Origin: the human T2T-CHM13v2.0 reference genome, Homo sapiens | Direction: 5' to 3' (one strand) | Length of the DNA stretch: 64,000 bases | Assembly: GCF_009914755.1 (NCBI RefSeq) | Contig: NC_060942.1 | In this document: positions 37,731 through 54,784 of the stretch, piece after piece | Layout of the letters: each line of letters opens with the position of its first letter | How positions within the stretch are numbered: the stretch's first letter is position 1 | Notes under the pieces: generated by a model | Seen by the model: the letters and a program-made list of their open reading frames with translations, nothing else | The model's database searches: none | Told to the model about the DNA's origin: nothing | Translations under genes and position numbers: made by a program

Positions 37731-40005
37731 TAAATCATTAGTTTTTAAAGATATTATCCAAGATTTGTTGTCAGAAATTTAGATTTTCTTTGAAATATGT
37801 AAATCATCTTCTTCACTGAAACTGTTAATTACTCAAGATTCATCTTCTGTTAATCACATAAAGACTTACAGCAGCTCTTGAAAGTTTTAAGCAAAATAGA
37901 CGAATTACCTCTAATAGGAGATAGCAGAGATCTGATGCAATTAGCAGGGCCCAATTCCGACTAGTACCTGTGTTAAAATTGTTTCTAGTGTATGGTGTTA
38001 ATTATATGGCTAGTTGTGAATTGCTGCCCTAAACACTGAATCAAAGTGCATTTTTGTTGCATTTTATAAACGAGTTATTGTCATTGTGTGCAATACAAAT
38101 TACTCTCAGGGTGTACACAAAGTCTGAATAGTAAATTGCCCCAAAACAGGCTTATCTTTAACTTGTGATTTTGCAGATTTTGCCTCTCTCATAGCGATTA
38201 ATATCATACCACCATGTAAGATTTAAGTCATTCAGGAAGGTAGCCACCATACTTCAGAAGTCAGAAGAAAAAAAGGACATTCTATGCTATGAAAATAACA
38301 TCCTCTGACAAACTGATTAATGAATATTTTTGTTACAGCAAATAAAGATGCAGAAAATAAGTACCAGAAGTTAATCTTAAAAATACACACAAACATTCAC
38401 ACACACCATACTTTCTGAAAGAAAAGACAATTACAAAAGACATTTTAGCAATAAACTAAAAATAAAAAGTAGTAGTTTACAAAGTAGATCTGTTTGAATT
38501 AATGAAAACCCCAGGAGATTAAAGGGACACATTCCATCAGTAAAACGGTCAACGAATGAAGTAGAAATAAGTAAAACATGAGCTTGGGGTCTTGGATACA
38601 GACCCATTTGGGTAAAAAAGTTAGTTTTGGATGGAGACTCCTTAGTTTCAATAAAGGAACACATCACCAAATGAAGAGCCTTAAAAGAATCTGGGAAAAT
38701 TAGTAGCTGTGAGCTTAAAAATAAGCTCCAGGAAGCCAACACTTCATCTAGATCACATAATTAAAGCAAACCTTAACAAGAAAACAAAGCTTTGTGTAGT
38801 TGTTTTAGTTTGTTTTTGTTTTGTTTTAGTTTTATACTTTACAATTTTTGCTTTGACTTGAAAACTAATTTTTGTTTTTCTACACATTTTAATAAATACT
38901 GTCAGAAAAAAATAATAGTTCATTTGGGACCTTTCTTAAATTTAAGCTGGGAGCCTTTCTACCCTCATTAACAACACTTCTGATTCAATATAGCACTTGT
39001 ACCTGCATTTAATACTTTAATATAGTTGTATTTAATGCACTATGAACTGTGAGCTAATACTTTGGTGCTGAGGATACAAAAACAAAACAAAACCTTGTCT
39101 CTCTTGTCTAAGAGAGTGACATTCCAGGTGAATAGAAACAACATTTAAATACATAAGTGCACTAAAATGTTATACAATACACAAAGAAGAAAAAGACAAT
39201 GGCCAATCAACCCATTGAGAAGGCAAGTACACTTTAGAGATGAAATCTCCAATAAGATGTAATTTTACATACTGGAATGTCTGATATCAAGAAAACAGAG
39301 GGTGGTCAAGTATTTTTCTGGCCACGGAAGCATTGCAAACTAAGGCAAATAGATGGTAATGCAGCCTAAAATATAGGGACTATAGAAATGTAACATTTTT
39401 TAAAATTTTAATCTATTTATTCATGTATTTTGATAGAGAGGTGGAAATTCAGGGAGAAGAGCGAAAGAATGAAAGCCAGAGAGGTACACAGGGACTTGAT
39501 TATCTTAGGTCTTCTGTCTTTAATAATGGGTTGAGCCTTTGTTTAATAAACAATGGAGGATTTCTGAAGAGCTTAGAACTGTTTTCTCTCTTTGTTGAAA
39601 AAAATGGGGCAGTAAAAAAATGTACATCACAAAAAAGACTAAGTGAGAAAAATTATACGAAAGAACCTATTTGTTCTTTGTGATCTGACTTGGTATTATT
39701 TCATATTTGGCCAGAAAGATTGAGTTGGTCTTGTAAATAAATGAAATGGAGTAGAAAACAGCTTTGCAACATGACAGAAGACATTTCCTAATATTAACAT
39801 ATATAATTATCCTTTTTTTGAATACAAATCTTTAAACTTTAGCTTTTCCTAATTACTCAAAAAGCTAGGTTGGACTGAATCACCACTCATTTGCTTAAAA
39901 AATTTTTACTTTAGAATGTGCAGAAGTTCTAAATTACTAAAATTAAATTTTCAATACTTTCTTGGCTATTTGAAAATCTCATAACAGTATTGTACATTTA
40001 TAAGA

Positions 40006-40091
40006 TATTGTCTACTACCTATGGAAACTCCAAATTTGATAATGGAAGGTATTGTCTAATTCCTATGGAAACTCAAAATTTGATAATGGAA
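40006..40091. repeat. 44-bp-period tandem duplication
   Basis: 40006-40047 versus 40050-40091, 39/42 identical. Confidence 0.93.
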
Positions 40092-41769
40092 TAGTTCAGT
40101 ACGTTTCTAACACTTTAAGTGCTAATTCCTGTACAAGTCATTGAGTGAGTGATATAGTGATTACTTTGTAGGAGTATGGGCATTATGGTTTTCAACAAAA
40201 ATTTACTCAAATAATATTTTCCTGATACTCTGAGAGTGGTATGAAATGCATATTGTCTTAGAGCTAGAGGCCTGACTCTAATAAAACTGAAAAAATTAAC
40301 TTTTATCATTTTTACTACCAATAAAACTGCACAACTGTTGTCAATCTACTGGTATTTGTCAATAGACTGTGCAGTAAATGATTTTTAGTGAGATCTACAA
40401 AATGAGGATATCAGCATGAACTAGAATGACCACCCTCTACTCCCATTTATTCATTCTACTTAGTCTTGACAATTTGAGACACTCAAGTCAGCAGCCGGCA
40501 ACATTTCGAGTAATTTCCAAGTTCACAGATTAATCAGGTGCTATTTAGAATCTCATTGTTCTGAATCTATAAGGGATAAGGGTGTAGTAGCTTTAAATAT
40601 TTGTATAAAAAGGGCACAAAAATAATTTCTTGTAAAACTCATGTTATTACTCTATAAGGAAAGGTTTTCCATAGTTCATTGGTCTTCTGTCACTCATTAT
40701 CAAAATGTTTTCTTAGGTCAGTGTGATATGGCTCAGTATTAGAGTGCATTGTTCCTACAGCAGATGTCTGTAATCCACGGGATGATAAACTGTGAGAAAT
40801 TAACTTTTATTCAAGGATATGTGCTTACTGTTAATTTGCCAAGAGTTGAGATTAAATACATACTACAGCTGTCATTCAAATGGATTAAATAAAATGGCAT
40901 TTGTGATTTACAAGCGAAGGAAAGAAGAGACTGCTAAATAGTTATACATTCATGCTTTGTTCTAAGACATTTCTAAATAAAATTTTGTCCTCAGACTTGC
41001 AAAAAAAGCTTATGGACTCCATGTGCATATAAAAGCAGAAAATTGGTTCTTAGTTAGTGATACTGTGTTCCTAAAATGGCTTTCCATGTAAAAGTCATGC
41101 ATCTTGTATTTTAAAATTCATCTGGGCCTTAATTACTCTAAACTTAGTGCATTTTTCATCAAATAACAAAGAAGTTATATTTCTCAATGTAAGTGCATTG
41201 GCTTTTCTTGCACTTCCTGTTACCATGTGAATAGGGAAAAAATAACATTCCCCAGTTATCCAAATCAGAAAATTCTTCTTGGGGTTCAACTATAAATACT
41301 GTTGCTGTCTATATGAGGCGATAGTAGCACCAAACCTTACTTTCCTCATCTGAAAAATGAAGAATGAGCTCTGTCTCATAAGGGCCAGCTCCTGCACAGC
41401 ATACACTCACTAAATACTCATGTAATTATTCTCAAAGAATTAAATGGTCTTTTTTATAAGTATGTTTGCCCTATATCTTTATATTTTACCATAATTGAAT
41501 TCCCTAACCAATAAAAATATGTAATAGTTGCATATGCTAATTATGGAAATGAAAACATTTGTTCTATTTTCTGCTTAGTGTATTAAAATGTTTAATTTTA
41601 ACAAATTTTTATTAAATTTGGAAGTACAGTACATAATCGAATGATAAACATATAGAAAAGTTGAAATGTAACCAGATCTTTTACATGTACCCTAGCCTAA
41701 TATTTCAGTAATAGCATTAGTTTTTTCAAAAAATTATATATGTATTCACAATATATATTGTGTTTGTTT

Positions 41770-42315
41770 ATTCATTTCAAATTCCACATTAGGCTTCTAG
41801 TCTGAGCCACCATTATTGCCTACCTGCATGATTGTAATGGTCTTCTAATTCATCTCTCTTCATTCACTCTAGAGTTCCTCCAATATATTGTCTACTCAAA
41901 AGCTAGAAAAGTACTTTTAAAACACAAAACATTTGTGCCACTCACTTTGCATAAAACCTCCTGTGCCTGACCATTGCACTCACCTTAAAATCCAAAGACC
42001 TCAATTCCAATGTCAGGCCCTCCAGGCTGTCCAGCCTCGTCTCTTGCTATGTATATTCCTTTCCATTCCCTATTCTCCTGCACTGGCCTTCTTCTAGTTT
42101 CTTGAACTGACTGCGCTCTTGGCATTAAGAACTGATTGCAGACATATGTCTACCTAATTATTTGTTTAATGAGTTTCTGTCTCTCCCACCAATCTAATAG
42201 CCCTAGGGGAGGAGTGTAGCATATATTTGTCCACTGTTGTGCCCTCAGTACCTTGCACAGTGTCTGGCAAAAATAAATAATGTGCAGTAAATATTTGTTC
42301 AAGAAATGAATGAAT
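41770..42315 (+). mobile_element. L2 3' end
   Basis: Ends CAGTACCTTGCACAGTGTCTGGCA...AGTAAATATTTGTTCAAGAAATGAATGAAT. Confidence 0.85.
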
Positions 42316-42700
42316 ACTGGTTTAGCACCTACTAAGTGTCAGGCAGAGAGCTAGGCACTTAAGATATAAATAAATACAAAAGAGTGCCTTTCTTCAGTGA
42401 GCTCCAGTCTAGTGGAGAGGGTAAGAGCTGAGTAAACAATTAAAGCATTTAGCAGTCTTCTACCAGAGCAAAGCATGGGATGCTATGAGAGCAGAATGAG
42501 GTCAGGAAACTTTCTCAAGAGAGATGATTTCTGAGATGCATTTTGAGGGCTGTTAGAAGTTAGGCCAAGAAGAGTAGGGAAAGAGTCATGCCAATGGAAA
42601 GCAAATGAAAGGTGGTTTGGAAAGTTGGACCTGGAGAATAAAGTGAAATATATATCAATATCAATTTGGATCCCCTCAAAAATAAGAAAACACCATCTCA
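42316..42700 (-). mobile_element. L2 3' end, tail-to-tail with the previous copy
   Basis: AGCACCTACTAAGTGTCAGGCAGAGAGCTAGGCACT...GAGCTCCAGTCTAGTGGAGA antisense L2 end. Confidence 0.75.
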
Positions 42701-42881
42701 TGAGAGCCTTATAATTTCCATTTTATATTTATTATTTATAATTATTGTCAGAAAAGTTAAAGATTTATCCAAAATCCACAACTAAGCAATATGTCCAGGA
42801 TAAGAAGATCTCTCTATCTGTCTGTCTATCTATAGCTTGCTTCAAAGCCCATTTCTTCTTTTATAGGAAGCTAGATATTCC

Positions 42882-44508
42882 TTTAAAAAAAAACTTTTAT
42901 TCTAAGTTCAGTGGTACAAGTGCAAGTTTGTTACATAAGAAAGCATGGTTATGAGGGTTTGTTTTACAGATTATTTTATCACCCAGGTATTAAGTCTAGC
43001 ACCCATTAGTTATTTTTCCTGATCATTTCCCTCTTTCCACCCTTCACCCTCCAAAAGGCCCCAATGTGTATTGTCCCACTCTATGTGTCCATGAGTTATC
43101 ATTATTTGGCACCCACTTGTAAGTGAGAACATGCAGTATTTGGTTTTCTGTTCCTATGTTAGTTTGCTAAGGGTAATGGCCTACAGCTCCATTCATGTCC
43201 CTGCAAAGGCCATAATCTTGTTCTTTTTTATACTGCGTAGTATTTCATGGTGAATATGTACCACGTTTTCTTTATCCAGTCTATTGAGGGGCATTTAGGT
43301 GAATTCCATGTCTTTGCTATTGTGAATAGGGCTGCAAAGAACATACACATGCATGTGACTTTATAATAGAATAATTTATATTTCTCTGAGCATATACCCA
43401 GTAATGGGATTGCTGGGTCAAATATGTCTGTCTCATTCTGGCATGAGATGGTATCACATTGTGGTTTTGATTTGCATTTCTCTAATAATCAGTGATGTTG
43501 AGCTTTTCTTCATGTTTATTGGTCACATGTATGTCTTCTTTTGAGAAGTATCTGTTCATGTCCTTTGCCCACTTTTTAATGGGATTCTTTGTTTCTTGTT
43601 AATTAGTTTAAGTTCCTTGTAGACTCTGGGTATTAGACCTTTGTCAGATGATAAATTGCAAAAATTTTCTCCCTTTCTCTAGGTTGTCTGTTCACTCTGA
43701 TGATAGTTTCTTTTGCTGTGCAGTAGCTCTTTAGTTTAATTAGATCTCATTTGTCAATTTTTGCTTTTGTTGCAATTGATTTTGGCATTTTTATCATGAA
43801 ATCGTTGCCCATGCCTGTGTCCTGAATGGTATTGCCTAGATTTCCTTCTAGAATTTTTATAGTTTGGGGTTTTACACTTAAGTCTTTAATCCATCTTGAG
43901 TTAATTTTTGTATTAGTTGTAAGAAATAGGTCCAGTTTCCATTTTCTGCATATGGCTAGTCAGTTCTCCTGGCACCATTTATTAAATAGGGAATCCTTTC
44001 CCCGTTGCTTATTTTTGTCAGGTTTGTCAAAGGACAGATGCTTCTAGGTGTGTAGTTTTATTTCTGGCTTTTCTATTCTGCCACCTTGGTCTATGTGTCT
44101 GTTTTGTACCAGTACCATGCTGTTTTTTGTTACTATAGCCCTGTAGTATAGTTTGCGTTAGGTAGTGTTGTGCTTCCAGTTTTGTTCTTTTTGCCCATAA
44201 CCGCCTTGATTATTCAAGCTCTTTTTTGATTCCAAATGAATTTTAAACATTTTATCTTGTTCTGTGAAGAATGTCAATGGTAGTTTAATGCAAATAGCAT
44301 TAAATCTAAAAATTGCTTTGGGCAGCATGGCCATCTTAACGGTATTGAGTCTTCCTGTGCATTTGTTTGTGTCATCTCTGATTTCTCTGAGTAGTGTTTT
44401 ATAGTTCTCCTTCCAGAGATCTTTCACTTCCTTAGTTTGCTGTATTCCGAGGTATTTTATTCTTCTGCGGCAATTGTGAATGGGAATTTGTTCCTGATTT
44501 GACTCTTG
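42882..44508 (-). mobile_element. 5'-truncated L1PA12/13-like element with small internal deletions
   Basis: 3' UTR plus ORF2 C-terminal remnants ([36 protein letters not shown]). Confidence 0.92.
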
Positions 44509-44976
44509 AGCAAGTTAGCTTTTCAATTAAGATATTAATGTTATTAGTATAGTTATATAAACCTTTACTACCACTCATTGCAATTCGCCTCTTTATCAAA
44601 TTAGCTCCTAAGAATGCTTTCAAGTAGGAATATAAATTCATTTGTGACATGTAACCTAAATACATCTTTGCCTTACAAGACCATATAACTTGATCCACAA
44701 CTTTTATCAGAAAATATTCTGAGTTTTTATTGACTCTTATTTATTATCGCTTTTATATACCATGAATCATAAACAATTTGTGTCTTTGAATATCTTTCCA
44801 AGTCTTCTTTCATAATTGAATTAGCTAAAAAGCCTTTAAATCCTCTATAACAATGTTGTATCATTTCAACCTAAATTGCTATATTAGTCAGAGTTCACCA
44901 GAGAAGCAGAGCCAAGATAATATATAATATTAATTTTATTATATATAATATATTTTAAATGTATTAAAATCAATTT

Positions 44977-44980
<4 letters not shown>

Positions 44981-45020
<40 letters not shown>
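44981..45020. repeat. (TG)20 microsatellite
   Basis: Direct reading. Confidence 0.97.
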
Positions 45021-45024
<4 letters not shown>

Positions 45025-46345
45025 AATACAGATATCCAAAGATGGCCGACTAGAAGCAGTGGTGATCGAAGGCTCCCATTGAAAAGAACCATAATAGCAT
45101 GTGAATTCTGCACCAGCAATCAAGGTACCCAGGTTCTCTCATCAGAACTGTGTAGGTGGCTGTCATGATCCACGGAGAGGAATGAAGAGCAGTGTGGTAC
45201 GGTGGTGCACTTGAGAGCCACACAGGGCAGGAGAGACCCACCCCCAGCCAAGACAGGTGGTGAGTGAGTGTGCTACCCAGTTGGGGAAACACTGCTTTTT
45301 CCGCAGAACTGTGCAACCCACAGGTTGGAAGATCTTACTCATGAACCCATGCAACCGGGGCCTAGGGTCCCAACCCCAGAGCTGCATAGATTCTCAACAG
45401 CCTCTCAGCTGGAATCTGCTTAAGCCTGCCGAGTTCCCAGGGGGAGGGGTAACAAGCACCACAGCTGCAGCTGCTTGTCTAAGCCGCTTGAGCTCCTTGG
45501 AGGAGGGACAGCAGCCAGCACTGGGGCTAATAACTGCTTAACACGCTAAGCTTCCTAGGTGGTGGAAGGGAGGCAGCCATCTCTATAGCTTCACGCTGCA
45601 CTTTTCCCCTGCTGGAGCCAGGGAGGCTGGTTGGTTTGGTCCCAAAAGGTGTTCCCCACAGCCCAACACACCAGCTGTGGCTGACTGTGTCCAGAGCACC
45701 TCTTTACACCTGACTTTGACCTATCCTTCCTCACTGGGTGGGCCTCCCAGCAGGAACTTCAACCACTCCAGCCAGAGGCTCAGGGACAGAACCCTGATCT
45801 CCCTGGGCCTGAGCCCCTAAGGGGAGGGATGGCCACAGTCTCTGTGGACCAGCAGACTTAGCCTTTCCTTCTGGTAGTTCTGATGAATCCAGGTGGCCCA
45901 AATGAGTGGGTTTTCCCCCAGCGAAGCACAGAACCTCCACCAAGGGACAGACAAAGTGCTCTGTTAAATGGGTCCTGTTCCCCATGACACTCAACTGGGT
46001 GAGGCCTTCCAACAGGGGTTGTGAGACACCCTATACAGGAGCAATCCTATTGGTATCAGATTGGTGCCCCTCAAGGTCAGAGATCCCAGAAGAAGCAAGC
46101 ACCCATCTTTACTGCTCCCCAGCCTCCTTGAGTGACATCTCTAGGTGTGGGAGTGAACCAGATGAATAGGGGCTGAAGTGAACCCCCAGCAAACAGCAGC
46201 AGCCCTACGGAAGAGGGAAGTGACCATTGAAAGAAAAACAAACAAATGAAAAGCAACAACAACAACATCAACGACAAAAAAGTTCCCACAAAAACCCCAT
46301 CCAAGGATCAGCAGCCTCAAAGATCGAAACTAGACAAACTCAAAG

Positions 46346-47385
46346 ATGAGAACCAACCAAAAAATACTGAAAACTCAAAAGGCCAGAGAGCCTCTTCTCC
46401 TCCAAATGATCGCAACACCCCTCCAGAAAGGCAGCAGAACTGGACAGAGGATAAGACGGATGAATTGACAGAAGTAGGCTTCAAAAGATGGGTAATAGAA
46501 AATTCTGCTGAGCTAAAGGAGCATGTTCTAACCCAGTGCAAAGAAGCTAAGAACCTTCATAAAAGTTTAAAGGAGACGCTAACTCGAATAACCAATTTAG
46601 AGAGGAACGTAAATGACCTGATGGAGCTGAAAAAAAACACTGCACAAGAACTTTGTGAAGCATACACAAGTATCAATAGCTGAATCAACCAAGCAGAAGA
46701 AAGTATATCAGAGTTTGAAGACCACCCTGCTGAAATAAGGCATGCAAACAAGATTAGAGAAAAAAGAATGAAAAGGAATGAACAAAGCCTCCAAGAAATA
46801 TGGGACTAGGTAAAAAGACTTAACCTATGATTGATTGGAGTACATGAAGGAGACAGGAAGAATGGAAACAAGCTGGAAAACATACTTCAAGATATTATCC
46901 AGGAAAACTTCTCCAATGTAACAAGACAAGCCAACATGCAAGTTCAGGAAATACAGAGAACACCACTAAGATACTCCGCGAGAAGATCAACCACAAGACA
47001 CATAATCATCAGATTCTCTAAGGCTGAAATGAAAGAAAAAATATTAAGGACACCCAGAAAAGCCAGATGACCTACATAGTGAAGCCTATCAGAGTAACAA
47101 GAGGACCTCTCAGCAGAAACCCTGTAAGCCAGAAGAGATTGGGAACCAATACTCGACATCTTAAAAAAAGAAATTTCAACCCAGAATTGTATATCTAGCC
47201 AACCTAAGCTTCAAAAGTAAGGGAGAAATAAGATTCTTTCCAGACAAGCAAATGCTGAGTGATTTTGTTACCACCAGGCCTGCCTTGCAAGAGCTCCTGA
47301 AGGAAGCACTAAATATGGAAAGGAAAAACTGGTACCAATCACTGCAAAAACACACCAAAATATAAAGACCAATGACAATATAAAG
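46346..47385 (+). pseudogene. L1 ORF1p remnant
   Basis: ELTEVGFKRWVI, LENILQDIIQENF, RHIIIRFSK; multiple stops and frameshifts. Confidence 0.9.
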
Positions 47386-47428
47386 ACACTGCATCAAAAA
47401 GTGTGCAAAATAACCAGATAGCATCATG

Positions 47429-51269
<3,841 letters not shown>

Positions 51270-52623
51270 TCAATGAGAACACATGGACATAGGAAGGGAA
51301 CAACACACACCAGGGCCTGTTTGGGGTGGTGGGCGAGGGGAGGGAACTAAGAGGATGGGTCAATAGGTGCAGCAAACCACCATGGCACACGCATACCTAT
51401 GTAACAAACCTGCACATTCTGTACATGTATCCTGGAACTTAAAGTAAAATTAAAAAAAAATAGATATCCTATTGATTTTGTTTCTCTGGAGAATGATATA
51501 TATATGTATGTATGTGTAAAATTGGTCATATATATACACACATATAAGACATTTATTATAAGATATGTGCTCAAGAGATTACATAGGCTGAGAAGTCCCA
51601 CAGTCTGCTATCTGCAACCTAGAGATCCAGGAATGCCATGGTGTAGTTTAAAGGCCTGAGGGCTTGAAGACTGATGATGTGGATTTCAGCCTGAATCTGC
51701 AGGCCTGAGAGCCAGGGGCACCAAGTGCAGGATGTCTCATCTCCCACAAGAGACAGATGGAAAATTAACTCAACCTTCCTCAGCCTTTTTGTTCTACTCA
51801 GGCCCTCAAGGGATTAGATGATGTCCATCCACATTGGCTATCTGCTTTACTCAGTCCACCAATTCAGATGCTAATCTCTTTCAGGACCAACCTCACAGAC
51901 ACACCCAGAAATAAAGCTTAATTTTATATCAGGGCATCCCATGGCCCAGTCAAGTTGACTCATGAAATTAAACATCACAATAGCCCACAGATATAGATAG
52001 TATTGATGCAGTTATTGTGGAAACAGATGATTTTAAAACTTAAAAGATAAGTAAGTATAACCTCTCTTACTTTAAGGGTCTTCACTATCACATTTCACAC
52101 AAATGGAGTACTCTATCCTTGAATGCAGCTGAGTGACAAAAGCAAAACAAAGCTAATTCTTCTAACCTTAATGATATTAAATAATCTGTCTGAAAATGAC
52201 TCCTGAGTTCAGAAATTGATTCTACTCACTAAATCATTTAGGATCCTGCCTCATCCAAAAACCTGGAAAATTGTCTTTGGTAGGTTCCTTGAAACTTGGT
52301 GTTTCCAATTTTAATTAATATCAGAATAAGCTAACTCAACATTAACACGTGAAAATAATTCATATGAATTACACACATGCACATACACACATAGGCACAT
52401 ACACAAACAGCCACAGAAAAATGCACAATATTCCCCCACCAACTCTTAAATATACAGATATAACTTTATGGAATTTATTTTGTTTTGTTTCTTAGGTGTG
52501 ATTAAATATAGTGGTGAACGTTAAAACTACACACTTAGAAGTACAAATCCTTTGTCTTTGAGCAAGCTTAAATAAATTCCATCATTGTTTCATATCAATT
52601 AGATTTTGCATGTAAATACTCTT

Positions 52624-53673
52624 GCAGTATAACATATGGTCAATTCAAAATACTTCCTAAATATGCTATTAAATGGGATCATAATTTGGAATGATTTGAA
52701 AATCAAAATAACTAATGCACAGAAAATCTCAAAGAGAATAGTTATTTCTCAAAGGGTCATTACTGCAGAGATCATTTGAACTAGAAAAAAATAAACTACC
52801 TGATCAAATTAGTGAACACAACATTCTGTCAATTATCTGAATGCTCTGTAAAGGGGAATTGTCCTTAATTGATGATCGTTATTTGCTGTCTTCAGCCTAT
52901 TATTGCTCATTTTCTTCCTAAAAACTCTGAAGTTGCATAAAAAAGAATATAAACTAGTTTTTATATCAGTCACCCCCAATCTGACTTAATGCAATTTAGA
53001 ATTTATGAAGAACAGAATAAAATTAATATAAAGTTAGAACATTCATTAATATTTTCTGAAATTTTTGTCAAACAATGTAAAGTATCTTATTAACACTGTA
53101 TTTAGCATTAAACATCCAATTTGACCTTAATGTGGTTGGACTAATCATGTTTTGACTACTCATTACCTTTGGAAAAGGGAAAGTCAAAATTTTATAATTT
53201 GATTGAAGACCTCTGGAAAAAATTTTAATATGATACCATGATAAAATGCACTTGAAATCATGGAAAAAAATCGCACATACTTTTACATTGATATGAAGCC
53301 TTAAGACCACCATTGGCCTTCTAACTTTTCACGGGTAAAGACTTCAGTAACATATTTAATGTATGATAGAAAGGAATAACTAACATTGTGTATTTGTTAC
53401 AAGGGAGACTTAATTGTCCAAACTGAGACACTTTTGAGAATAAAGGGGACTTTAACAATATCATACCAGGACAACTGATGTAAAAGAGATTTATCCCAGG
53501 TCAGGAAAAATTTAGAACAAGAAATAGCAATTTAATTTCATCTTTGATTTCATATATATGTAGCAGTATACTATATGGTCACTTAGAAATACTTCCTAAA
53601 TATGCTATTGAATGGAGTCATAATTTAGGGTGATTTGAAAATCAAAGTAAACTAATGCACAGAAGATCTAAAA
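52624..53673. repeat. Dispersed direct repeat of about 110 bp (52624-52733 and 53563-53673)
   Basis: Shared AAATACTTCCTAAATATGCTATT...TGATTTGAAAATCAAA...ACTAATGCACAGAA; about 86% identity by hand. Confidence 0.9.
53401..53503 (+). mobile_element. MER94-like hAT-Blackjack MITE
   Basis: TTGTCCAAACTGAGACACTTTTGAGAATAAAGGGG...CCAGGACAAC. Confidence 0.6.
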
Positions 53674-54564
53674 TATATTTTATGTACAAACATATATAAT
53701 ATGTATATGTATAATTAATATATATGTATATATAATATATATGTATATATGTTTATATAAACACACAAACATGTATGTTTTAGGTATGTATTGTGTATAT
53801 ATTCTATAAAATACAAATGCAAAGAAGAAACTTAAAATACACATAGTATAGAATTTTTTTGTAGTTCTTTTATCTTTTACCTAAATTATGTTCCATTGTC
53901 CTAGACTTGTAGTTTCATAAATTTATATGCTAACGGATTAAGCACCCCTCAGAATTAAGTTACTGTCTAATGGTGGGAATGTGGTAGCTAGAGATAGCCA
54001 TAACCTCTTTTCGTCATTGGGCTGCCTTTTAGAACATATGACTCCTGGGAATAATGTCAATTTAATTATACCCTAAGTGACTGAAGTTAATAAATGTCTA
54101 ACACTTCAATTTAGTACCTTTAAGTAATAGGTTAGGTCTGTATGACAAAAAGGAACAACATAATTTAACTTAGTCTATCAATCAATGCCTCCATTTTTGT
54201 TGTTATTTTTATTCAAAATTTTAGTTTGTCTGCATTAACTGGCACAAGGAATACATCGATAATTTTTGGATACCATTTTAGACATGGGGCAGAAACCTAA
54301 CTTATCAGCAAATATTTGTTGTATATTGCTTAGCTTTTGACATTTTAGCATCCTCATCTGTTTATACCAAAATAAGAAGTTGGGTATTTTGGATATGAAC
54401 GTTCCTCTTAGTAAGATGCCTTGGGAGCATTATTGTAGTGGCCCCGAAGACACAATATGCTTCTCAAACATTCTAGTTAGTCAGATACCCAAATAATAAA
54501 GTATATTAAATTGCAGAGCCATAGAATCCTAGATCTTATGAGAATTTAAGAAGTCATTTATTTT

Positions 54565-54784
54565 CATCCTGGCTAACACAGTGAAACCCCATCCCTACTA
54601 AAAATACAAAAAATTAGCCAGGCGTGCTGGCGGGCGCCTGTAGTCCCAGCTATTTCAGAGGCTGAGAAGGAGAATGGCGTGAACCCAGGAGACAGAGCTT
54701 TCAGTGAGCCAAGATCACGCCACTGCACTGTAGCCTGGGCAACAGAGTAAGACTCTGTCTCAAAAAAAAAAAAAAAAAAAAAAA
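54565..54784 (+). mobile_element. 5'-truncated AluY
   Basis: Begins CATCCTGGCTAACAC, Y-type GGAGAATGGCGTGAACCC, long A-tail; TSD AAGAAGTCATTTATTT (54548-54563) / AAGAAGTCGTCTATTT (54785-54800). Confidence 0.95.

Noticed and set aside
46246-46683. 145-aa ORF, the longest in the window
   Set aside because: L1 5' UTR read-through into a frameshifted ORF1 N-terminus ending at a premature stop.
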